A stretch of DNA of 32,000 nt from Nostoc punctiforme PCC 73102 (GTDB lineage Bacteria; Cyanobacteriota; Cyanobacteriia; Cyanobacteriales; Nostocaceae). The position numbers and the translations under genes are program-made. The notes below the pieces were generated by a model. The model saw nothing but the letters and a program-made list of their open reading frames with translations, did not search any database and was not told where the DNA came from. This document shows, one piece after another, positions 8,401 through 16,993 of this stretch. Within the stretch, counting starts at the first letter, position 1, and each line of letters opens with the position of its first letter. The stretch is from positions 4,980,001 through 5,012,000 of the forward strand of contig NC_010628.1 of the NCBI RefSeq assembly GCF_000020025.1. Direction: 5' to 3'.

Positions 8401-8769
8401 ATGGACTGCATTCATTTAACGGGAATTCGCGGCTATGGCTACACTGGGTATCTACCAGAAGAACAGGTGCTAGGACAATGGTTTGAGGTGGATGTGAGGT
8501 TATGGTTGGATATCTCCACAGCGGCCAAGACTGACGCGATCGAAGACACTTTAGATTATCGCAGCGTCATTAGCTTGATACAACATCTGATCAAAACGTC
8601 TAAATTCGCTTTGGTGGAGAAATTGGTAGCAACGATCGCAGATTCTATTCTCCAAGAGTGCGATCGTGTAACACAAGTCCAAGTCATTCTGAGCAAACCT
8701 GCTGCACCTATTCCAGATTTTGGTGGCAAAATTAGCATTGAACTTACTAAAAGTAAGTCCAATCTCTGA
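8401..8769 (+). CDS. folB: Dihydroneopterin aldolase
   Basis: 122-aa ORF. I.L.GIR.YGYTG..PEE...GQ.F.VD..LWLD...A..TD.I.DTLDY matches the FolB pattern. Confidence 0.88.
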   Translation: MDCIHLTGIRGYGYTGYLPEEQVLGQWFEVDVRLWLDISTAAKTDAIEDTLDYRSVISLIQHLIKTSKFALVEKLVATIADSILQECDRVTQVQVILSKPAAPIPDFGGKISIELTKSKSNL

Positions 8770-9678
8770 AACACAAAACGTGTTTTTTTGTCAATATCTA
8801 TAAACTAGCAAAAAGAGGGGGTTTATATGTAGCACGGAAGTATCTCACACAGAGAAGCTTTGCTGCCATTGCCCCCAGGACTTGCTTGTTATCAAACAAC
8901 ACTAAAAAATCATGTATTTGCTGATGAGCATTTAACATGCATATTTTCAGTTAAAAGAATTTGTGATTAAGTATTAACTAAAACCTATAAATACTTTTAA
9001 TTGATACTCTTTCATCCACAATTCAAAATTTCATAACAATTCTTTGTGAAACTGCACGAAATCAAGATTGCTTGGTGAAACAAAGGGCAAAATCTCCTTT
9101 TTCTGAAACAACCTTACAGAATTAGTAATAAGACAGTTTGAGACAATAATTTGCATCCCGGCTGAGACAAACGCTATTTGTAGACAAAGTTTTATTAAAC
9201 TCTTTAATTCCAGATAACAATTAATTTTTAGTAGTATTATAATCTAATCAATATTATCATATTACATACAAGATACTATATTAATTTTTTCAACTTATTT
9301 GAAAGTGGTAGACCGTGGTTTTATTAACTTTTATTCTTGATTAATTTTTGCATAGATACTATACTTGGATGTTTATTTTATTTAAGAAAATAATTGCTTG
9401 CATATTGAAAATAAATTTTTGATTGCTGGTAATTATATGGTAACTTACATTTTATGTTAATGACATGATATTAACTGCATACATTAATTACAATTAGCTT
9501 TGACAAACACAGAAATCATTGGAGGTTAATAACATGATGCTATTTGCTCATTAGTTAAGTATTTATATCAAGCAATACTACAGAGTAGTTAAAGATTGTT
9601 TATGATGAAATAAGAACTTTTGTATCAAATTGATACTAACAACAAAAATCTGAACCTTAGCAAACAGGTTGTTTTACC

Positions 9679-10962
9679 ATGTTCGCCCGCAAAATCCTAG
9701 TTGTTGAGGATGAAAAAATCATAGCCTCAAATATTAGAAAAAGTTTACAAAAATTAGGTTATTCCGTATCAGAAACCACTAAGTCTGGTGAAGAAGCAAT
9801 AAAAAAGGTAGCAGAAACTCATCCACATTTAGTATTAATTGATATCTGCCTAGCTGGGGAAATTGACGGTGTGAACGTAGCAGACATCATCCAGAATCAC
9901 TTCCATGTACCTGTAGTATATTTAACAGAGTGTTCGGAATATAAAACATTATATGAAAACCAACTAAGTGAGCCTTTTAATTACATAGTCAAACCATTTA
10001 TTGAAAGTGATTTACATTTTGCGATTGAAATGGCTCTATACAAACATCAGAGCAAAAAGATATTATACGAAGAAAAACAAAGGCTGGCAGCAATTATTAA
10101 TAGTATGAGCAGTGCAGTGATTGTGACTTATGCTAATGGTTGTATTCAAATGATGAATCCCACAGCAGAAATAATCACGGGCTGGAAGCAAAGTGAAGCG
10201 TTCGGTAAAGATTTAGTAGAAGTAGTTAAGTTAGTTGATAAAGATGTAGGAGAAAAAATTGGAAATTTAGCCACAGATGTAATCAAAACAGGTGAAATTT
10301 TGGATTTACCAGAAAACTGTATACTAATTACCAAAGATGACAAAGAGATAGCGATTGGGGATAAAATTGCACCCATCCACGATCGCAATGGTAATATTAC
10401 TGGTGCAGTTTTAGTGTTTCAAGATATCACCAAACGCAAGCAAACAGAGGCGCAACTGATCCGTAATGCGTTTTATGATGGGCTGACAGCATTACCAAAT
10501 CGTGTTTTATTTCTAGACAGGCTCAGACAAACAATTGAGCGCAGCAAACGCAGAAGCGATTATTATTTTGCAGTTTTATTTTTGGATTTAGATGGCTTCA
10601 AAGAGATTAACGATCGCTTTGGGCATGGAATAGGAGATGATTTTTTAGTAGCGATCGCTAGACGTTTAGAGTCGTGCTTACGTGGTGGTGATACTGTAGC
10701 GCGATTTGGTGGTGATGAGTTTACAGTTCTTTTAGAGGATATTAAAGACATTACCGACGCTACCAATGTTGCCAAACGGATTCAAGAATCGTTGCGATCG
10801 CCACTGCATCTGAATGGATATGAATTATCTACTACAGCTAGTATTGGTATTGCTTGGAATTTTAGTAATTATGAGGAGCCTGCAACTCTGCTACGGGATG
10901 CTGATATTGCGATGTACCGAGCTAAACGGCAAGGAAAAGCCACTTATGCCATATTTAGTTAA
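9679..10962 (+). CDS. Response regulator receiver-PAS-GGDEF diguanylate cyclase
   Basis: 427-aa ORF. REC residues are present (EDE, phospho-acceptor D in LVLIDICL, T in YLTE, K in VKPF), followed by a PAS segment. The GGDEF motif is intact, with an RxxD I-site five residues upstream (RGGDTVARFGGDEF). Confidence 0.9.
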   Translation: MFARKILVVEDEKIIASNIRKSLQKLGYSVSETTKSGEEAIKKVAETHPHLVLIDICLAGEIDGVNVADIIQNHFHVPVVYLTECSEYKTLYENQLSEPFNYIVKPFIESDLHFAIEMALYKHQSKKILYEEKQRLAAIINSMSSAVIVTYANGCIQMMNPTAEIITGWKQSEAFGKDLVEVVKLVDKDVGEKIGNLATDVIKTGEILDLPENCILITKDDKEIAIGDKIAPIHDRNGNITGAVLVFQDITKRKQTEAQLIRNAFYDGLTALPNRVLFLDRLRQTIERSKRRSDYYFAVLFLDLDGFKEINDRFGHGIGDDFLVAIARRLESCLRGGDTVARFGGDEFTVLLEDIKDITDATNVAKRIQESLRSPLHLNGYELSTTASIGIAWNFSNYEEPATLLRDADIAMYRAKRQGKATYAIFS

Positions 10963-11084
10963 TTAAGTAACTGGGCTTAAATAGTTGTCGTTGGGATAAG
11001 GCAATAGGCAATAAGTATAAGAGTTTTAGCCTAGTTCATTTTTATTTACATACTTTGATTTTTTTCACAACTATTCTGAATGTC

Positions 11085-11645
11085 ATGGAAAAAACCGAAA
11101 AACAGAAAATGCTCGCAGGCGAATTATATCTGGCGGAAGATCCAGAATTGGCTGCCGAAAATAAACGAGCTAGTCGTCTGTTGCGAAGGTACAATTCTAC
11201 AACTGAAGAACAGCAAGATCAACGGCAGCAAATTTTGCAAGAGTTATTTGGAAACATAGGTGACAAAGTATCAATTGTGCCACCATTTCACTGTGATTAT
11301 GGTGGTAATATTTTCGTCGGCGACAAATTTTATATGAACTATGGCTGTGTAATTTTAGACTGCAATCCAGTTCACATTGGTGAAAATGTCCTGTGCGCTC
11401 CTTATGTACAAATTTATACTGCTTATCATCCTACAGAGCCAGAAATTCGCCTTTCTGGTAGAGAATTAGCTGCCCCAATTAACATTGGTAATAATGTCTG
11501 GATTGGTGGCAGTGCAATTATTTGTCCAGGTGTCACGATTGGTGATAACACAACCATTGGTGCTGGCAGTGTGGTTGTCAAAGATATACCTGAGAATGTT
11601 GTCGCTGCGGGTAATCCCTGCCGCGTCATTCGATATTTATCCTAG
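11085..11645 (+). CDS. maa: Sugar (maltose/galactoside-type) O-acetyltransferase, hexapeptide-repeat family
   Basis: The N-terminus MEKTEKQKMLAGELY...D.EL is Maa/LacA-like, and left-handed beta-helix hexapeptide repeats follow (IG.NVWIGG.A.I.PGVTIG.N..IGAGSVV). The ORF track extends to a TTG at 11055, but the ATG at 11085 is more plausible. Confidence 0.85.
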   Translation: MEKTEKQKMLAGELYLAEDPELAAENKRASRLLRRYNSTTEEQQDQRQQILQELFGNIGDKVSIVPPFHCDYGGNIFVGDKFYMNYGCVILDCNPVHIGENVLCAPYVQIYTAYHPTEPEIRLSGRELAAPINIGNNVWIGGSAIICPGVTIGDNTTIGAGSVVVKDIPENVVAAGNPCRVIRYLS

Positions 11646-11648
11646 AGT

Positions 11649-12029
11649 TTAAAACTTGTATCCTCTGGCAATCCAATAGAGCCAGTCTGCGATCGCTTCT
11701 TGAGTTTCGCTGTCAGCATCAATGGCTGCTATTTCAGATAACTTTGCAGAATATACATCTTCATCCTTACCATTAATGTAAGCCACTTCGACAAGCATAT
11801 CTTTTAAACACTCATCATCTGGGGCCATTCCCAGCACCTCCACTTCTTTCTCCTCGCTAGAGCCTGATTTGCGTCCCTTCTTAGTCCATTTAGCCATAAA
11901 GGGAAAATTTAGAGCCTCTTCGAGGTAGTAGTACCAACCCATAGCTCGGTCTTCTTTGTCTTCAGCATCTACAATGATCTCTGTTTTAATGCGATGCTCT
12001 CGGTTTTCGTCGGCTTCAACATTAGGCAT
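11649..12029 (-). CDS. ccbP: Acidic cyanobacterial calcium-binding protein (CcbP-like)
   Basis: 126-aa highly acidic ORF. From memory it closely resembles Anabaena PCC 7120 CcbP, which is also 126 aa (..REHRI.TEIIVDAEDKE.RAMGWYYYL......PFM.KW......VEVLGMAPDDECLKDM.VEV........DVY.AKLS.I.AID.D..TQEAIADWLYW.ARGYKF). Confidence 0.6.
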   Translation of the reverse strand: MPNVEADENREHRIKTEIIVDAEDKEDRAMGWYYYLEEALNFPFMAKWTKKGRKSGSSEEKEVEVLGMAPDDECLKDMLVEVAYINGKDEDVYSAKLSEIAAIDADSETQEAIADWLYWIARGYKF

Positions 12030-12116
12030 AAGATAACGCTTTAGGTGTATAACATTTTGATAATATTACCAAAGTCTTGGCTAAGAATAATTTTTCTAAA
12101 AGATAGTTAAGGAGTT

Positions 12117-13438
12117 ATGTAAAAATAAATTGAACAATTAACTGACTACTTTGGGTTTGATAATATAGTTCCACTCACCATGAAAAGAATTTCGTTCGAT
12201 TGCGATAGTATCAAGCTCTTGGTCTGTAACCTTGATTCCCGTTTTGTAGAGATTTGGATCTAATCTAGCTTCAACTTCTAATCCTTGTGTGGTGGTAGTA
12301 TTGCGAATTAGATTAATCACAACTTGCAAGCTAGTTAATGGTCTGCCTCGCCAGTTTTGGGTAATGTGACAAAACAAGCGATGCTCAATCTTATTCCATT
12401 TACTTGTGCCTGGAGGAAAATGACACACATGAATAGTTTTACCAGTATCAGTTGCTAATTCTTGTAACTTCAATTTCCACAATCGTGAGCGATAACTATT
12501 GCTACCACCGCAATCAGCCGTAATCATTATATGCTCACTGCTGGGATAAACTTGTTTACCCATTGAGTACCACCAATGACGAATAGACTCGACTGCAAAC
12601 TCTGCGGTATCGTGGTCAATGCCAACATTTACCCATCCTTGATTTGAGGTTAAGTCATAAATTCCGTAGGGAATTGCCTTGCCCAACTTGGGGTCAACAA
12701 AATCATGCATTTTCACCTCAATTGGCTGTTCCTTTTCACACCACTCGGTTCCAGAATTTTTAAAATCTCCAATTAATTCTTTTTTTTTGTATCAACTGAA
12801 ATTACGGGTTCGTTCTGGGATTGAAAGTGCAAGACTTGGTTGGAAATATGTAAAAACTGATCATCTCTATCTGGATGAGATGAGCCATCACGGGTTTTAC
12901 GATTTGATTGTAAGCTGTAGCCAAGCGATTCAAGTAAGTTATAAACACTTTTAGGACTAGTCCTATGTCCCCCAATGTTTAATGCCGCAGCCAGTTTCAC
13001 AACACTTTTAGAAGTCCATTTTAGAGGAGATTCTGGGTCTCCCAGTGTCACTGGTTCAATCAGCGATTCTAAATCTGATAGCAGCATTGCGTCTTTTTCT
13101 TCAAGTAGTTTACGTCCAGCACCTGACGAACGAATTCGATTACTATCATCATTCGAGGTTTTTTCCCCCGAAGCGTCTAACAATAACCGTATCCCAGCAT
13201 GGATTGTAGTCCGGGATAGTCCAGTTGCGAGCGCAACCTGACTCACGCCTCCCCAGCCCAGGCTTCGGGCTTCAATTGCTGCCCAAATACGCCGTGTTTT
13301 CTCATTCAAATAAGGCGATAACGAATCGTACTTGTCTTGAATGCTTTCTACTACCTGCTTATCAGACATATAAGCCTTTAATTCGGTTACATTCTGATCA
13401 TCTTACCATTCAGCAAATTGTTCAAGTTATTTTTACAT
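12117..13438 (-). mobile_element. ISAzo13-like (IS630-related) insertion sequence, ~1.32 kb
   Basis: 23-bp terminal inverted repeats with one mismatch: ATGTAAAAATAAATTGAACAATT (12117-12139) versus the reverse complement of 13416-13438 (ATGTAAAAATAACTTGAACAATT). They enclose a two-ORF transposase. I could not resolve a target-site duplication. Confidence 0.85.
12138..13369 (-). CDS. ISAzo13-family DDE transposase, split into two ORFs at an A9 run (programmed -1 frameshift or frameshift mutation)
   Basis: ORF 12773..13369 ends ..ISVDTKKKN*. Shifting -1 on GATACAAAAAAAAAG (T9 on the + strand, 12780-12788) continues as DTKKKELIGDFKNSGTEW..MHDFVDPKLGKAIPYGIYD into ORF 12138..12716. The combined sequence has the Rhodopirellula/ISAzo13 transposase pattern. 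Confidence 0.8.
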
Positions 13439-13455
13439 GATGCCTAAGTATATAG

Positions 13456-13568
13456 GTCTTACGCATAATAGATCCCCCAACCCCCTTTTTAAACAGCGCT
13501 TTGAGAGTTTCTCCTTTTTTCAGAGGAGTTAGGGTGGATCGAGATGTTAGTTCTCAGTGCGTAATTAC
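13456..13568. repeat. Imperfect palindromic MITE-like element
   Basis: Outer arms are CTTACGCA (13458-13465) and TGCGTAA (13558-13564). Inner arms are GATCCCCCAACCCCC (13471-13485) and GGAGTTAGGGTGGATC (13525-13540). A related half (TGCGTAAgtcctgaATTAC...TTAGGGTGAGGG) lies at 19682-19716. Confidence 0.45.
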
Positions 13569-13704
13569 TGTTATATCTAGGTTATAGAAAAAACCGCTTG
13601 TTATTGACAAACGGTTTTCTAGTTATTGCACTCAAAGAGGAACTTATTTGTTTCGCCAAGATGCCAAATTTTTTATTGGCAGTAAAGCGCCAAATTTTTA
13701 GAGA

Positions 13705-14688
13705 TTAAACAAGTCTCAAATCAGGATAATTTGCCAATACATCATCAGATGTCAGCGTATCATTTTCAGCTTGCGGAGTCCAAAGTACTTCAATTGCCAG
13801 AAGTTTTTCGCTAGGGATACTACCAATTTGGCGCAAAGCTTGACGCAAATCATCAGCACTGTTAATCGCTGTGGGGATATCAAACTTGCCTAGTGTTGCC
13901 GCCAGGAAGGTGACGATAATGTATTCTCCAGGGCCTTCAGTAAATAGGCGGGTGGGGTTGTCTAGTTCACCAGCCGGGGGTAAAGCTTCTTTGGCAAGGG
14001 CTGCTTTTAGCTGATTGTTGACGTTAGAAAGAGTTTCTTCGCTAAACTTGCTGCGTTCTGCCAGCGACAGCCGATTAAACTGACTTTCGGCTGAATTTAA
14101 ACTGGCTTGTTGAGTGCCACCACCTGCATATACAAAGTATTCGGGATGGCGGAGTAAAGCTAAGCTGGCTTCTTGCAGAATTTCTGCTCTTCCCTCTGGG
14201 GTGTTAGTATCAGCAGTTTCAGCAATATGGTTGAGTTCATTTTGCAATTCACGGGCTTGAGCTAACAAACCTACTTGCAAACGAGTTACAGAAACAGGAG
14301 AGTTACTGCTGTAATCTGCTTCTGGTGTTTCACCGCCAGAGACACGGCGGAAAGTTTGCAATAAGAAATTAGCGATCGCAAAGAAAATTAAGATGCTAAA
14401 TAGACCACCAAATCCTCCCCCAATACCCCAGAAAGGAAGTAGGAAGGGAAAGCCAAAACCACCACCAAAACCACCACCAGGATAATATCCGCCTCCACCG
14501 GGAGGTGCATAAGTGCGCGGTGTATAGGTGCGGCTGGAAGGCGCTCTAAAAGAGCCACCACCGATTCGACCCCCACTGCGGGCCGCTAATGCTCCATCGG
14601 CGTGGCTAAGAACCAAAGTTAACACCAGTCCTAGCGCTAAGAAGGTTTTTAACAGTGGTTTGCTGATTTGTTGTAGTTTTTTACGCAT
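13705..14688 (-). CDS. DUF1517 domain membrane protein (Gly-rich N-terminal region)
   Basis: 327-aa ORF. It has a signal/anchor, an RSGGRIGGGSF motif, a GGGYYPGGGFGGGFGFPF glycine-rich stretch, a TM segment and a conserved C-terminal domain ending ..WTPQ...D.L..DD....YP.L, typical of DUF1517. Confidence 0.8.
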   Translation of the reverse strand: MRKKLQQISKPLLKTFLALGLVLTLVLSHADGALAARSGGRIGGGSFRAPSSRTYTPRTYAPPGGGGYYPGGGFGGGFGFPFLLPFWGIGGGFGGLFSILIFFAIANFLLQTFRRVSGGETPEADYSSNSPVSVTRLQVGLLAQARELQNELNHIAETADTNTPEGRAEILQEASLALLRHPEYFVYAGGGTQQASLNSAESQFNRLSLAERSKFSEETLSNVNNQLKAALAKEALPPAGELDNPTRLFTEGPGEYIIVTFLAATLGKFDIPTAINSADDLRQALRQIGSIPSEKLLAIEVLWTPQAENDTLTSDDVLANYPDLRLV

Positions 14689-14925
14689 AATACAATCGCT
14701 TGGAAAACAGAATTTTTATGATTTATCTCCATGCTGGTAGGAGTTTTGCGGTTATGTCACTAACGCCAGTCCGTAACAAGCAAGCTTTGTAGCATTCACT
14801 TTTAAAGGCTACATATTCAATCTACCGCGTCTTATCTGGCATAGGCAGCGATCGCAGGGGGGATTTCTCCACTGGGGAACCGTACCTTAAGATATGTTCA
14901 TCATCACAGAAGTTTGTGATGTCTA

Positions 14926-15060
14926 CAACGGGTGGTTCCTGAGCGCAGCCGTACCACTTCCCTATAGGACGCTACGCGAACGTGGAAGCAAGCTACGCAC
15001 AGCGTCTCCGACAGGAGAAGGGCTACGCCTACGGGCAATTTTGGCTACGTCTTAGACTGG
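14926..15060. repeat. Cluster of SDR-like short dispersed repeats in a 970-bp spacer
   Basis: It contains GATGTCTACAAC (14928-14939, compare 31529-31540 and inverted 17291-17299), CTGAGCGCAGCCG (14949-14961, compare CTGAGCGCAGTCG in menD and at 18155) and GGGCTACGCCTACGGG (15030-15045). Confidence 0.75.
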
Positions 15061-15661
15061 GCAGTTCCAGGCTACAGTCTTGGATTATACAGATGATTCT
15101 AATTTTTCACGATTATTTTGACTAATTTTTTAATACTTCACCCTACTTATTCTGTCAGAATCCAAAAAGATATCTCTTGATTTCAAGTAATATAAAAGAC
15201 AGATATAGACCTGATGCTTACGTATCCATAGTAGTGCTACAAGTAGACGTGATGCTTATCAGCACTACTAAGCAGAGACAGATAATTACCAAATACTTAT
15301 CTAAACTTTTGGCATTTTGGCACACCAGTCTAGACTATTCAAGATATTCTAGTGGACGTAGGTAAATTTCGTAATTTTTGCAACAGTTCTTCATTGAGAA
15401 ATTTGACTGCATTAGACTACAAGTGCTAGATTTTATTTTATTGTCCATCATGCACAAAAACTCTCAACATTTGAGAATTTTGCCGCCAAAATAAAATCAA
15501 CACAATAAAAAAACAATCTTGCTGGCTAATCTTCTAAAATAGCCTTCAGTTTTGTCTACCAGATTCGTTTTAAAAGAAATAAAATAATAATTATGGCTTG
15601 GAAAGTAATCCTAATTGTAAATAAATTCAAAATTATTTGAAGTAAATTTATCAGCTTAATT

Positions 15662-16894
15662 ATGGAACATATTTCTCAACTAACAGCCGAAATCAGAGAC
15701 AAAGCTGCATACCCAGATATCCTAGTCATATCCCGGATATTCTTGCCGAAAGAAGCTGTAATTGGAGAATATATGTACAATCGTTGTCTCCAAGATCCAG
15801 AACGAGTTATTGTGCTGGCGGCTAGTTGCTCAGGAGATAAAGTATTTGATGAAGGTCAACAATTTCCAGTATATCGCTGGTTTTATCCTAGATACTGGCG
15901 TAGTGGCTTTGTGGGAAATATCCTGAAGCCTTTTGTCAATATTGTTTGCTCATTTGTGCTAGCAATCAAACTCTATTTTCGCTATCACTACCGTTATATA
16001 GAGTGGGGCCACGGCTATGATTTTCCTTCACTGTTGCTATTGAGTTATTTATTACCTATTCGCTTTTTTATCTATCTGCACGGTAATGATTTTCTTTGTA
16101 CATTACACAATCCCGTACTGCGATCGCTATTTAAATTAACACTTAAACGAGCCGAAGGTATTGTCTGTAACAGTTCTTATACACAAGATTACCTCAGAAC
16201 TGCTTTACGATTAGATACTCCTACTTACGTTATTAACCCAGTAATTAGACCAGAAAAATTTGGTAACAATGTCGGGAGTCCTAGTAGCCTTGATGATTTG
16301 CGTGTTCGCGTGCGTCAGGCATACAACATTCCCGATTCAGCAATAGTTATTCTCTCCATAGGAAGGCTAGTAAAACATAAAGCTTTCGACCAAGTGATTG
16401 ATAATATCCCACTGTTGCTAACTTTTGGGGTCGATGTCCACTATATAATCTGCGGTGAAGGTCCAAGTGAATCGGAACTGAAATCTCTGGTGCATCGTTT
16501 GCGGGTAGATAAGTGCGTCCACTTTGCTGGATATGTGGCAGAGCGTGAATTAGCAGGTTATTATGCAGCTTGCGACATATTTGCCATGCTGACCTTATTA
16601 GATAGTAAACCTAATAATATGGAAGGTTTTGGTATGGTTTATTTAGAAGCAAGTTACTTCGGTAAGCCGATCATTGCCCCTCGCTTAGGTGGTGTTCTAG
16701 ACACAGTTCAGCATGAAGAAAATGGGATACTGGTTAATCCTAATTCTGGTTATGAAGTTTTTCAAGCTTTCAATCGGTTGTGCAAAGACCAACAGCTACG
16801 TGAGCAACTTGGCCGCAAAGGTAAAGAATTAGCCAAGCGTAGAACTCTTCATCGATCGCTTTACAAATCAGAGGGGAAAAACCCGATTTTGTGA
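15662..16894 (+). CDS. Glycosyltransferase family 4 (GT-B, RfaB-like)
   Basis: 410-aa ORF. The C-terminal half carries the GT4 signature (..GRLV.HK.F...I........G.....I.GEGP....L........V.F.G.V.......YY...D.F....LLD......EGFG.V.LEA...GKP.I....GG..D.V.....G.LV.P). Confidence 0.85.
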   Translation: MEHISQLTAEIRDKAAYPDILVISRIFLPKEAVIGEYMYNRCLQDPERVIVLAASCSGDKVFDEGQQFPVYRWFYPRYWRSGFVGNILKPFVNIVCSFVLAIKLYFRYHYRYIEWGHGYDFPSLLLLSYLLPIRFFIYLHGNDFLCTLHNPVLRSLFKLTLKRAEGIVCNSSYTQDYLRTALRLDTPTYVINPVIRPEKFGNNVGSPSSLDDLRVRVRQAYNIPDSAIVILSIGRLVKHKAFDQVIDNIPLLLTFGVDVHYIICGEGPSESELKSLVHRLRVDKCVHFAGYVAERELAGYYAACDIFAMLTLLDSKPNNMEGFGMVYLEASYFGKPIIAPRLGGVLDTVQHEENGILVNPNSGYEVFQAFNRLCKDQQLREQLGRKGKELAKRRTLHRSLYKSEGKNPIL

Positions 16895-16993
16895 GATGAA
16901 TACAGATGGAGTAGGGATGCACAGATGTTCATCTCTTCGCAAACGATCGAGATTGCAGTGTAAAATCTCGTTTGTGATTTTATTAAATATGCA

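Noticed and set aside
12100-13445. Target-site duplication of the IS (TA expected for IS630-like elements)
   Set aside because: The flanks read ..ggagtt|ATGTAAAA and TTTTACAT|gatgcc. No unambiguous direct duplication is visible, so none is claimed.
15177-15365. 62-aa ORF in the DUF1517/GT4 spacer; also the 63-aa ORF at 31267..31458
   Set aside because: AT-rich spacers, no SD, no recognisable motifs, and lengths at the noise level.
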